Of a stretch of DNA of 64,000 bases, positions 18,710-28,057 are shown piece after piece. The DNA is from Minisyncoccia bacterium (GTDB taxonomy: Bacteria; Patescibacteriota; Minisyncoccia; Phycocordibacterales; UBA9973): positions 450-64,449 of the forward strand of contig JBGAUR010000001.1 of the NCBI GenBank assembly GCA_044228545.1, read 5' to 3'. Below the pieces are notes generated by a model. The model saw only the letters and a program-made list of their open reading frames with translations. It had not been told where the DNA came from and ran no database searches. Positions within the stretch are counted from its first letter, which is position 1. Every line of letters starts with the position of its first letter. The position numbers and the translations under genes are program-made.

Positions 18710-19393
18710 TTAATTCTTATTATTTCTAGTATTATTCTCTGGTGTATTAAAAACTTCACCGCGGTAAATCCAGACCTTGATTCCGATATCTCCATAACTC
18801 ATATGAGCTTTCTCGCGAGCAAAATCTACATCTGCACGGAATGTTTGAAGTGGGATTGAACCTCTTTTAATCTGCTCAGAGCGAGCGATTTCAGATCCAG
18901 CTAAACGGCCTCCAACATAAATACGTGCTCCTTTTACTCCACGAGCAGCCATAACCTTTTCAATAGCTTGCTTGATAACACGACGGTATGGGAGACGTTT
19001 TTCAAGTCCTTCAGCGATAGCACATCCAACGATTGCAGCATCTGCATCTGGATTTCCAACTTCAACAATATCAAATTTAAAGTCTTCTGGTATTAAAATC
19101 TTCTTCTTTTTCATTGCAGATATTAGGTCAGCCTTCAATTTTGCTGCACCTTCACCTGAACGTCCAATGATCATACCTGGACGTGAAGTATGAACCATTA
19201 TTTTTGTTGATTTAACATTTCTTTCTATTTCAATACGAGAAACGTAAAAGCCGCGTAGTTTCTTTGCTAGAAATTCACGGATAACAACATCACTTGCAAG
19301 AAGAGTTTTGTATTTCTTATCAGCAAACCATCGTGACTTCCAATCACGGTTTATTACTAGTCTATGTGCGTATGGATGGACAACTTTTGACAT
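18710..19393 (-). CDS. rpsC: 30S ribosomal protein S3
   Basis: KVVHP, RPGMIIGRSG, GRLAGSEIARSE, PLQTFRAD. Confidence 0.97.
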   Translation of the reverse strand: MSKVVHPYAHRLVINRDWKSRWFADKKYKTLLASDVVIREFLAKKLRGFYVSRIEIERNVKSTKIMVHTSRPGMIIGRSGEGAAKLKADLISAMKKKKILIPEDFKFDIVEVGNPDADAAIVGCAIAEGLEKRLPYRRVIKQAIEKVMAARGVKGARIYVGGRLAGSEIARSEQIKRGSIPLQTFRADVDFAREKAHMSYGDIGIKVWIYRGEVFNTPENNTRNNKN

Positions 19394-19396
19394 ATA

Positions 19397-19831
19397 TTAT
19401 TTATCTTCTTTCTTAGTTACCTTTTTAGTTGCGACTTTTTTAGTTTTTGGTTTTTCTGTTTTTGTTTCAGCCTTCTTTTCCTTTACTACTTTTTCCTTCT
19501 TTGTTGATGTATTTTCAGAAAGTGTAAGCATAATGTGACTCATGCGCTTATTGATTCGAGATGCTGAACCTCGAGCACGAGGCATACTTCTCATCATAAC
19601 AACTCCTTTGTTTACTGTAACATTTGAAATTATAAGGTTTTCTTCTGATACACCTGCCTGTTTAGCATTAGCTACTGCTGAAGCAAGTAATTTCTCGATA
19701 GGACCTGATGCACGCTTTGGGAGTGATTTTAAATGAGTAAAAGCGTCAGCAACCCTTTTGCCTTTGATAAGTCCTGCTACAAGGCGAACCTTGCGTGGGG
19801 ACTGTCTGTAGTTTTTTAAAAATGCTTTCAT
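19397..19831 (-). CDS. rplV: 50S ribosomal protein L22 with Lys-rich tail
   Basis: QSPRKVRLVA, SAVANA, PRARG. Confidence 0.95.
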   Translation of the reverse strand: MKAFLKNYRQSPRKVRLVAGLIKGKRVADAFTHLKSLPKRASGPIEKLLASAVANAKQAGVSEENLIISNVTVNKGVVMMRSMPRARGSASRINKRMSHIMLTLSENTSTKKEKVVKEKKAETKTEKPKTKKVATKKVTKKEDK

Positions 19832-19841
19832 AATCTAAATT

Positions 19842-20183
19842 TTATTTCTTTGAATCGGTTGCTGCTTTAGCTGACTTTGCTGCGGATATTTCGGCTTCTT
19901 TCTTCTTCTCTTCTAATTCTTTCTGCATCTTACCTCCGTGCTTAGTGAACTTGCGAGTAGGAGAGAATTCTCCGAGTCTATGTCCTACCATATCTTCACT
20001 GACTAGGACTTCTATATGAGCTTTTCCGTTGTGGACACCAAACACGAATCCAACCATTTCAGGAGAGATGACGCAAGCTCGAGACCAAGTTTTTATCATA
20101 CCTGTCTCAATAGGCTTTTTGCCAGCTATCTTTTTAAGTAGCCTTTCATCAACATATGGACCTTTTTTGAGTGACCTTGTCAT
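19842..20183 (-). CDS. rpsS: 30S ribosomal protein S19
   Basis: [32 protein letters not shown]. Confidence 0.96.
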   Translation of the reverse strand: MTRSLKKGPYVDERLLKKIAGKKPIETGMIKTWSRACVISPEMVGFVFGVHNGKAHIEVLVSEDMVGHRLGEFSPTRKFTKHGGKMQKELEEKKKEAEISAAKSAKAATDSKK

Positions 20184-20220
20184 ATACAATATAAATAAGC
20201 TCTTGTGAGCTCGTTCGTCT

Positions 20221-20248
20221 ATACTAGCAAACTTAAAAATAATGTCAA
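20221..20248 (-). promoter_or_regulatory. Internal promoter upstream of rpsS
   Basis: TTGACA-TTATTTTTAAGTTTGC-TAGTAT, nearly identical to the tuf promoter. Confidence 0.6.
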
Positions 20249-20266
20249 ATCCTAAAGATTATAACA

Positions 20267-20659
20267 TTAAAATATTACTATGATTTTAGGTAGGAAGATA
20301 ATTATCCCTATAATACCAGCAATTATTACAGCAATCGACACAGCCCCAGCAGCGACATCTTTGGTATCGCGAGCATATGGGTGATAATTAGGGCTTGTAA
20401 GATCAATATCAATTTCAATGGCTGTATTTATCATTTCAAAAAGAATCACGAGTCCTATTGCAAAAATTATCAATACCCATTCGATGCTAGATATACAAAG
20501 CACAACTCCCAAATATATTGCGAGTATTGCAAAGAAAATATGAACCCATGCATTGTGAGTTGTTTTTAAAAATATAGAAATCCCCCGAAGTGCATGATTA
20601 GTACTTCGAAGTCTAGATATTATCGAGAATCGTGTTTTTTCCGGTAGTTTATTTTCCAT
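20267..20659 (-). CDS. DgkA-family diacylglycerol/undecaprenol kinase
   Basis: ALRGI..HNAWVH, EMINTAIE, KDVAAGAV; 3 TM. Confidence 0.85.
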   Translation of the reverse strand: MENKLPEKTRFSIISRLRSTNHALRGISIFLKTTHNAWVHIFFAILAIYLGVVLCISSIEWVLIIFAIGLVILFEMINTAIEIDIDLTSPNYHPYARDTKDVAAGAVSIAVIIAGIIGIIIFLPKIIVIF

Positions 20660-20690
20660 ATCGCTATTATATAACAAAAGTGAGATAAAA

Positions 20691-20753
20691 GATTAATTTT
20701 ATGAGCCCAGCCTGCGCCCCCGCAGAGAGGGTAAAGCGCGAATAAAATTAATC
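20691..20753. repeat. Short element: 12-bp perfect inverted repeats around a GC-rich core
   Basis: GATTAATTTTAT ... ATAAAATTAATC. Confidence 0.5.
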
Positions 20754-20799
20754 ATTTATGAAGCTCTAAAACAAAAGCGCCTTTTGGGCGCTTTTGTTT

Positions 20800-21651
20800 T
20801 TATTTTGTATTTTTTGATTTTCCAACCTTTCGGCGAGAGACGATCCACATGTTTGAGTATTTCTTTGGAGTACGAGTCTTCTGACCTTTTCCAGATGGTT
20901 TACCCCACATAGTCTTTGCACGACGAAGACCTCGTCCTTGTGCACCTTCACCCCCTCCGTATGGGTGATCAACTGGGTTCATAGCACTTCCACGAACTGT
21001 TGGGCGGATACCCTTCCAGCGTGAACGTCCTGCTTTACCAAAATTTTGAAGTTTGTATTCAGAATTCGAAACTTCACCGATACATGCATAGCAATTTTCA
21101 GAAACTTTTCGAACTTCTGTTGATGGCATCTTTATGTTTGTATATCCTCCATCGTTTGCAACTACTTGAGCAAATACTCCGGCACTTCGTGCGAGCTTAC
21201 CACCATTGCCAGGTTTGATTTCAATATTGTAAACAAACGTACCGACAGGAATCAATTTAAGTGGTAGACGATTTGCTGTAGTTAGAGGAACTTTTTCACC
21301 TACTACAAATTTATCACCAACTTTTATAGATTTAGGAACGATAACATAGCGTTTTTCACCATCAGCATAAACTGCAAGACCTATAAACGCATTTCTATTT
21401 GGATCGTATTCGATAGACATTATCTTTGCAGGAATATCTTTCTTGTTGTACATGAAATCAATCTCACGGTATAGACGCTTGTGACCACCCCCTTTGTGGC
21501 GAGTAGTAATACGGCCTTGATTATTTCTTCCAACAGATCTCTTAAAACCTTTGGTTAAAGATTTCTGTGGTTTACTCGCAGTCAAAACGTTTCTGTATGA
21601 AACAGTAGTTTGATGACGCTTTGATGGAGTTGTTGGTTTATATGTTTTCAT
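20800..21651 (-). CDS. rplB: 50S ribosomal protein L2
   Basis: GRNNQGRIT, IEYDPNR, RPTVRGSAMNPVDHPYGGG. Confidence 0.98.
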   Translation of the reverse strand: MKTYKPTTPSKRHQTTVSYRNVLTASKPQKSLTKGFKRSVGRNNQGRITTRHKGGGHKRLYREIDFMYNKKDIPAKIMSIEYDPNRNAFIGLAVYADGEKRYVIVPKSIKVGDKFVVGEKVPLTTANRLPLKLIPVGTFVYNIEIKPGNGGKLARSAGVFAQVVANDGGYTNIKMPSTEVRKVSENCYACIGEVSNSEYKLQNFGKAGRSRWKGIRPTVRGSAMNPVDHPYGGGEGAQGRGLRRAKTMWGKPSGKGQKTRTPKKYSNMWIVSRRKVGKSKNTK

Positions 21652-21652
21652 A

Positions 21653-21982
21653 TTATACGAATGCTATTTTATCTCCTTTCTTCAAATAAACGACCGCTTT
21701 TTTACCACCACTTTTTGTACCAATAACTCCACGGCGCATTACAACCTTTGAAGTTCTTTGAGTTATAGAAATTTTAATTGGTGTGACATTGTAAAGCATT
21801 TTGATAGCTTTCTTTATCTCATTCTTATTTGCATTACCTGTTACATTGAAAGTGTAAGCACCTTTATCTGCGCCGATTGCTGATTTTTCTGTGATACGTG
21901 GACCGATTATCATTGGGTGTGTTTTTGCACTTCCTTTTTTCTCAACCACTTCTTTTGTTTTTTTGTTTTTTGTTGTTGCCAT
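21653..21982 (-). CDS. rplW: 50S ribosomal protein L23
   Basis: PRITEKS, ANKNEIKKAI, KKAVVYLKKG. Confidence 0.93.
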   Translation of the reverse strand: MATTKNKKTKEVVEKKGSAKTHPMIIGPRITEKSAIGADKGAYTFNVTGNANKNEIKKAIKMLYNVTPIKISITQRTSKVVMRRGVIGTKSGGKKAVVYLKKGDKIAFV

Positions 21983-21985
21983 ATA

Positions 21986-22654
21986 TTATTTCTTTTCAGA
22001 TTTACCACCTAGGAAGGCGATACTCTCTGTTGGTTGTGAAATGATAATGTATCTGTAAGACAGCAAATCAACTGGGTTCATATTTCGAACTTCATCAATC
22101 TCAACTGTCGGAATATTTCCAAAACTTTTCTTCAAAACTTCACTCTTAGCTGGAACAGTGATATAAGTGTTTGGCTTTTTACCACCAACCATCTTTTCAA
22201 AACCAGAAACTTTACTAAGATCTTTGACAATCGCGACAGCATCTTTAGTTTTGATATTTTTAAGTGTTAGTTCTTCTAAGAAAAGAATTTGTCCTTTGCG
22301 AAGTTTTTCAGAAAGCACAGTGTAGAGAGCTTTTGTTCTCATTTTCTTATTGATCTTTTGCTCATAACTCTTCTCATTGCGAGGACCGTGAGTTATACCT
22401 CCTCCTTTCCAGATTGGTGAACGAGTTGAACCATGGCGAGCGCGTCCTGTACCCTTTTGTCTCCAAGGTTTCTTACCACCTCCACGGACTTCTCCACGTG
22501 TTTTTGTATGTGCAACAGGAGTACGAGCATTTGCTTGCATCGCAGTTACAACTTGGTGAACTAGGTCAGCATTCCAAGGCAAAGCAAATAGAGACTCTGG
22601 TAGATTTAACTTACCAACTGACTTACCTTTTTGATTGTATACTTGTGTTTCCAT
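21986..22654 (-). CDS. rplD: 50S ribosomal protein L4
   Basis: TKTRGEVRGGGKKPWRQKGTGRARHGS. Confidence 0.97.
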   Translation of the reverse strand: METQVYNQKGKSVGKLNLPESLFALPWNADLVHQVVTAMQANARTPVAHTKTRGEVRGGGKKPWRQKGTGRARHGSTRSPIWKGGGITHGPRNEKSYEQKINKKMRTKALYTVLSEKLRKGQILFLEELTLKNIKTKDAVAIVKDLSKVSGFEKMVGGKKPNTYITVPAKSEVLKKSFGNIPTVEIDEVRNMNPVDLLSYRYIIISQPTESIAFLGGKSEKK

Positions 22655-22658
22655 AATA

Positions 22659-23258
22659 TTATCCAATTATTTCTACAAGAGTTCCACGTCGTCCTGGAAT
22701 TGCTCCTTTTACGATTAATTGATTGTTTTCTTTATCAACACCAACTATTTCTAGATTTTTTACAGTGATGCGATTTCCACCAGTTCGTCCTGCCATGCGC
22801 ATTCCTTTTGGAACTTTATTTCGAAGACCTCCTCCGATAGAACCTGGTTCACGCTCAGAGTGCTTCTGTCCATGAGAACGTGGTCCTCCATGGAATCCGT
22901 GTCGTTTAACAACACCTTGGAAACCTTTTCCTTTTGAAAGTCCTGAAATAGTTACAATATCACCTTTTGCAAATGCATCGACGGTGATATGATCACCTAC
23001 TGCTATCTCTTCGATATCTCGAAATTCGCGCAAGTGTTTATATGCACCTTCTTTTACATGTCCTAGGTGAGCTTTCGTTGCACGATTTACTTTTTGTTCT
23101 TCAAATGCAACTTGAATAGCAGTATAACCATCCGTATCAGGATTTTTAACTTGAGTGACAACCATTGGACCAGCATCTATAACTGTAGCTGGTATCACTG
23201 TGCCGTCATCATCAAAGCACTGCATCATATGCTGTTTTTTACCAAGAATAAATTTCAT
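22659..23258 (-). CDS. rplC: 50S ribosomal protein L3
   Basis: DGYTAIQV, SKGKGFQGVVKRHGF, KGAIPG. Confidence 0.97.
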   Translation of the reverse strand: MKFILGKKQHMMQCFDDDGTVIPATVIDAGPMVVTQVKNPDTDGYTAIQVAFEEQKVNRATKAHLGHVKEGAYKHLREFRDIEEIAVGDHITVDAFAKGDIVTISGLSKGKGFQGVVKRHGFHGGPRSHGQKHSEREPGSIGGGLRNKVPKGMRMAGRTGGNRITVKNLEIVGVDKENNQLIVKGAIPGRRGTLVEIIG

Positions 23259-23270
23259 AAATTAATATCT

Positions 23271-23636
23271 TTACATCATCTTCACGTCTATATCAACTCC
23301 AGATGGAAGAGATAAGTTCGTAAGCGCTTCGATAGTTTTTGGATTCGGATTTAGAATATCGATAACACGCTTATGGATTCTGATTTCAAATTGTTCACGA
23401 GCATTCTTAAAAACAAACGACGCTCGGTTGACAGTGTATTTCTTTATCTCTGTCGGAAGTGGAATAGGTCCTACGATTTTTGCATCATAGCGAAGTGCAG
23501 TATCGATAATCTGTTTTACAGATGTATCGAGTATCTTATTCTCATACGCTCTGACGCGTATGCGAAGTTTAACAACTGCTTCCTCTTTATCCTTTTTTAC
23601 TTTTGTCCCACTTGTAGGGGCTTTTTTTGTTGTCAT
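23271..23636 (-). CDS. rpsJ: 30S ribosomal protein S10
   Basis: [27 protein letters not shown]. Confidence 0.96.
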   Translation of the reverse strand: MTTKKAPTSGTKVKKDKEEAVVKLRIRVRAYENKILDTSVKQIIDTALRYDAKIVGPIPLPTEIKKYTVNRASFVFKNAREQFEIRIHKRVIDILNPNPKTIEALTNLSLPSGVDIDVKMM

Positions 23637-23671
23637 ACGTTTGTTGTTTAGAAAGAACGGAATGGTTAATA

Positions 23672-24871
23672 CTACTTAATAACTTTTGTCACAACACCAG
23701 CACCAACAGTCTTTCCACCTTCACGGATAGCAAAGTGTTGTTGATCTTCAAGAGCAACTGGGGTTACGAGTTTAACTGAAAGTTTAACTGTGTCACCTGG
23801 CATAACCATCTCAACTCCACTAGGAAGTGCAGCTTCCCCAGTAACGTCTGTTGTACGGATGTAGAATTGTGGTTTGTATCCAGTAAAGAATGGAGTGTGG
23901 CGACCACCTTCTTCCTTCTTCAAGATGTAAACTTCACATTCAAATTCTGAGTGAGGTGTAGTTGTACCTGGCTTACAAAGAACTTGTCCACGAGTAATAT
24001 CTTCTTTTTTGATACCACGGATAAGGATACCAGCGTTGTCTCCAGCCATACCTTCTTTTAGGTTTTTGTTGAACATTTCAATACCAGTAACTGTAGTCTT
24101 TGCTGTATCTTTGATTCCAACGATTTCAACGTCTTCACCAACTTTAACAATTCCACGTTCGATTTTACCAGTAACAACTGTTCCACGGCCTTCGATTGAG
24201 AATATATCTTCAATAGGCATTAGGAATGGTTTTGCTGTATCACGTTCTGGAACTGGGATATAAGTATCAAGAGCATTTACTAGCTCAAGAACTTTCTTTG
24301 CCCATTCATCATTGTTATCTGCTGATTCAAGAGCTTTAAGTCCTGATCCACGGATAACAGGAGCATTTGCGCCATCAAAGCCTTGTTTTGTAAGGAGTTC
24401 ACGGATTTCTTCTTCAACTAGGTCGATCATATCTTTATCATCAACCATGTCGCATTTGTTTAGGAATACGATTATTTTTGGAACACCAACTTGTTTTGCA
24501 AGGAGAACGTGTTCACGAGTCTGAGGCATCGCACCATCAGTTGCAGCTACGACAAGTACAGCACCGTCCATTTGAGCGGCACCTGTAATCATGTTTTTGA
24601 TGTAGTCAGCGTGTCCTGGAGCATCGATGTGTGCATAGTGACGAGCTGGAGTCCAGTATTCGTTATGAGAAAGAGCGATCGTGATACCACGAGCTTTTTC
24701 TTCTGGAGCTGAGTCGATTTGATCTACGCCTTTAATTTTAGCACCGTATCCATCACCTTGACGATTAAGTACTGATAGGATTGCTGCTGTTAATGTTGTT
24801 TTACCATGGTCAACGTGACCAATAGTTCCCACATTTACGTGTGGCTTATCTCTGTTAAATTCTTCTGCCAT
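23672..24871 (-). CDS. tuf: Elongation factor Tu
   Basis: [26 protein letters not shown]. Confidence 0.99.
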   Translation of the reverse strand: MAEEFNRDKPHVNVGTIGHVDHGKTTLTAAILSVLNRQGDGYGAKIKGVDQIDSAPEEKARGITIALSHNEYWTPARHYAHIDAPGHADYIKNMITGAAQMDGAVLVVAATDGAMPQTREHVLLAKQVGVPKIIVFLNKCDMVDDKDMIDLVEEEIRELLTKQGFDGANAPVIRGSGLKALESADNNDEWAKKVLELVNALDTYIPVPERDTAKPFLMPIEDIFSIEGRGTVVTGKIERGIVKVGEDVEIVGIKDTAKTTVTGIEMFNKNLKEGMAGDNAGILIRGIKKEDITRGQVLCKPGTTTPHSEFECEVYILKKEEGGRHTPFFTGYKPQFYIRTTDVTGEAALPSGVEMVMPGDTVKLSVKLVTPVALEDQQHFAIREGGKTVGAGVVTKVIK

Positions 24872-24882
24872 ATATTTTATTG

Positions 24883-24990
24883 GTTCCGACTACGCCGGAA
24901 CATAAATTAATTAATAATTAAAGGTGCTCCGACTATGTCGGAGGAAATCCCAATGTCACTCATACTAGCAAATCTAAAAATAATGTCAAT
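24883..24990 (-). promoter_or_regulatory. tuf/S10 promoter and leader with two tandem near-identical hairpins
   Basis: TTGACA-17-TAGTAT; hairpins CTCCGAC-ATA-GTCGGAG and GTTCCGGC-GTA-GTCGGAAC. Confidence 0.6.
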
Positions 24991-25032
24991 CTTCCCAAAT
25001 CAAAAACTCCCCATTGGGGAGTTTTTGATTTA

Positions 25033-26616
25033 CTATATCTCTATTTGTTTAGGCTTAGGGTTATTGTTTTCACTATTATCCTGAGCACTGCTACAACCTG
25101 GATCACCATCTTTACCACCAAAATCAATCTTTCCATCCCCATCGTTATCAATTAAATCACTACATTGAGGAAGACTATTCGCTTCATTATTATCATTTGG
25201 ATCATAACTTGTATCATTACCAGCATCACCTTCAGTATGACAACCTGGATCAGCTATGTCTATTAAACTATCAGAATCATTATCTGTGCCATCACTACAT
25301 TGTGGATCACCTCCACCACCTGCTGCTTCAAAACATGCAGCTGTTGACCCTCCACCTGATCCTTGGCAAGTCCATGTCCAAGGGCCACTAACTCCACCAG
25401 TTCCACCACCAGGATAGGTACCAGCAACACAATTGAAGTGGGTCGCTGCACACATACCATTTACAATAGTCTCATCCAATACAACCACTGTAGAATTTGC
25501 AGTTGCATTAGTTCCAAAGCCATCACATTGTACAGAGTAAGTTGTTGTAGAAGATAGACTTACATCGACACTTCCGTTTATATTACCGTTAGTATTAAAA
25601 CCAGAACCAGTACAAGAGTCTGCGTTTGTAGAAGACCAAGTCAAAGATGTAATTCCTCCACCATAAGACAATACACTGGGGTTTGCATACAATGTGGCTG
25701 TAGGAGTTTTAGGATTAGATGGAGAAACAGACACATTCACTTGCGACACATCATTAGGATATCCTGTCTTAGTACAGGTAATTGTATATATATGTGTTCC
25801 AGCAGATAGGCCAGATATTACCTCAGAACCACCTAGTGTAGACTTATTTCCACTCCATCCATTTGAGGCTACACAACTATCTGGTGAACCAGTTGTAACC
25901 CAAGAAAGAGTTGTTTGGTCATCAGGAAGAGTCATGGAGCGAGGATTAGCTGATAGTTGAACGGTCATGCCAGATTGTTGAGGAAGTACGGTTATAGTGA
26001 CCTGTGCTTGTGCAGAATTACCAGAACCATCGTCACAAACTACAGTATAAGTTGTTGTTGTTATTAGAGATACGTTATCAATTCCAGATATTGCTCCACC
26101 GGTAGAAAAATCACTACTATTACAAGAAGTTGCGCCGGTAGAAGACCAAGTTAAATTCGCTGATCCTCCTCCATAAGGTAAAGTATACGTATCGGAAGTT
26201 AGATTAGCTGTTACACCGTTTGCAGCAAGAACTTCTATCTGAACTTGGTCTGATGCGTCAGCGAATCCAGTTTTATGACAAGTAATTTCATAAGTATAAG
26301 TACCTATAGAATATAGATCAGTTATTGCTTCATTCCCACTATTTGGAGACTTAGTACCAGTCCACATGCCGTTTGTTGTAGCGTCACAACTATCTGGTGA
26401 ACCAGTTGTAACCCAAGAAAGGGTTGTAGTACTGTTAGGTTGAGTTATTGGTGTTGTTCCAGATAGATCAACTGTTATTGCTGAATTAACAACTTGGTAA
26501 GGTTCATCGTGGTCAATTAATATCCAAGTAGCACTGACTGGTTTTGACACTGAAAACAATAGAACAAACATTAATCCTAGGAGTGCAAATTTATATTTAT
26601 TTAATATTTTTTTCAT
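25033..26616 (-). CDS. Secreted surface protein with tandem Ig-like repeats and C-terminal Cys/Asp Ca-binding-type repeats
   Basis: Signal peptide; four LxW..T....C...TYT..C repeats; two QCSDxxDNDxDxxID..DPGC repeats. Confidence 0.75.
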   Translation of the reverse strand: MKKILNKYKFALLGLMFVLLFSVSKPVSATWILIDHDEPYQVVNSAITVDLSGTTPITQPNSTTTLSWVTTGSPDSCDATTNGMWTGTKSPNSGNEAITDLYSIGTYTYEITCHKTGFADASDQVQIEVLAANGVTANLTSDTYTLPYGGGSANLTWSSTGATSCNSSDFSTGGAISGIDNVSLITTTTYTVVCDDGSGNSAQAQVTITVLPQQSGMTVQLSANPRSMTLPDDQTTLSWVTTGSPDSCVASNGWSGNKSTLGGSEVISGLSAGTHIYTITCTKTGYPNDVSQVNVSVSPSNPKTPTATLYANPSVLSYGGGITSLTWSSTNADSCTGSGFNTNGNINGSVDVSLSSTTTYSVQCDGFGTNATANSTVVVLDETIVNGMCAATHFNCVAGTYPGGGTGGVSGPWTWTCQGSGGGSTAACFEAAGGGGDPQCSDGTDNDSDSLIDIADPGCHTEGDAGNDTSYDPNDNNEANSLPQCSDLIDNDGDGKIDFGGKDGDPGCSSAQDNSENNNPKPKQIEI

Positions 26617-26634
26617 AGATTTCAGTTATTTTTA

Positions 26635-28047
26635 TTAATTAGGCGCACTATCACCACAACCAACTATTCCTGGCTGACCACCAGAACTATAACAACCCCT
26701 ATAGATAAATGTTCCCCCACAACTACCGATATAAGCAGCTGGGTTATTTTCTGCATATATATCTCCGATTCCACCACAATAACTAGGCATTACATCACCC
26801 CTAGGATCTCCAGGTACAACCAATAAGTGTGTATCTTCATCTATACAAGTTTCATTTGGATCACAAGGTACTTTGTTGTGCACCAGGAATCCATCAGCGT
26901 AGTATGTTCTATCACCAGACAATACAAAGTTATATAGCGGTGTAGTCTCAGGAACATTCTTGCTTTCAATAGAGTTAATAACCTCATTGCCAGATTCTTT
27001 AATAAGAGTATCGCCAACTTCAAGCTTGGTTACACTTATACCAATATGCTCTTGTCTAGTTTTTTCAGGATTTAGTGATTTCCAACCTTGCGTTGTCTTG
27101 AATGGATGTTCTTCGGTAACAAACAGACGCCCTTTGTTAAATCCATATATCTTGCCATCTGATTTTAGTGGACGATGATATGCTAAAACTTCATTATTAG
27201 ACTTTTCTCCTTTTACTACATCCCCAATCTTAACATCTTGAATATTTTTTATTGAACCATCAGCCATTGTTACTTTTGTATCGGAGATAAAACATACGTG
27301 GTACGCATTTGGACCACCAGTAGGTGGAGTACCTGTGGCTCCACAGATATTTCCCCCAGCCATACTTGTAGGACTATTTGAGTGTACGTGACCTTCATAA
27401 AAACCTGCAGTTCCTTCTATTTCACAACCAGTACCATTACATGCTTGACCATTATAATAACTAGTTGACTGGTTTGCTGGGATAGTAAACACAACGATTC
27501 TTGGATCAAGAGGGAGTGGACCGTATTGAGTGGTACCTGTTAATTGAGCGTTAACTGTTATCGCTGGGTGATTAGCTGGTCCAACATAATTTATCTTACC
27601 CCATCGGAAATTACCGGAGAAATATAATGTAGCTATACATGGGGATATTCCAGTATCAACACCAGTTAAATAATTAGCAAAATAGTTTCCAGTTAATGTT
27701 GGTGATTGAAATGGAGTAGAAGCTGGGGGTCCAAAAGGGAATGTCTCATTAAATCCAATATAAGTAGCAGGTATTATTGATACAGGGGTCCCACCATTGT
27801 TGCCCACAGTAAGAGAAACCTGCTCAGTATCGCAGTTGTTAGAAGTTATTTGGCCCTTCGCTAAAAATGTTGTAGCTGTGGTAGTGAAAGGACCAGCAGG
27901 ATCTAGATAAGCAAGTGTTGTTATATTTCCACTTGGTTGACAATTGTATACGTAAGTTGCAGCATCAGCATTTGAATAACTAAAAGCTAATAAAAGAAAT
28001 ACAGATGCTAGTGTTATATATTTAATGTTTTTTAGAAGTTTTTTCAT
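26635..28047 (-). CDS. Secreted protein with a Hint (bacterial intein-like) domain
   Basis: Signal peptide; CFISDTKVTMADG...VTEEHPF...LYNF..DRTYYADGFLVHN|K at 27294-26875. Confidence 0.85.
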   Translation of the reverse strand: MKKLLKNIKYITLASVFLLLAFSYSNADAATYVYNCQPSGNITTLAYLDPAGPFTTTATTFLAKGQITSNNCDTEQVSLTVGNNGGTPVSIIPATYIGFNETFPFGPPASTPFQSPTLTGNYFANYLTGVDTGISPCIATLYFSGNFRWGKINYVGPANHPAITVNAQLTGTTQYGPLPLDPRIVVFTIPANQSTSYYNGQACNGTGCEIEGTAGFYEGHVHSNSPTSMAGGNICGATGTPPTGGPNAYHVCFISDTKVTMADGSIKNIQDVKIGDVVKGEKSNNEVLAYHRPLKSDGKIYGFNKGRLFVTEEHPFKTTQGWKSLNPEKTRQEHIGISVTKLEVGDTLIKESGNEVINSIESKNVPETTPLYNFVLSGDRTYYADGFLVHNKVPCDPNETCIDEDTHLLVVPGDPRGDVMPSYCGGIGDIYAENNPAAYIGSCGGTFIYRGCYSSGGQPGIVGCGDSAPN

Positions 28048-28057
28048 AAGATTATAA

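Noticed and set aside
26875-27294. Canonical mobile intein
   Set aside because: No homing endonuclease, +1 residue is Lys, and the host is a secreted protein, which indicates a BIL-type Hint
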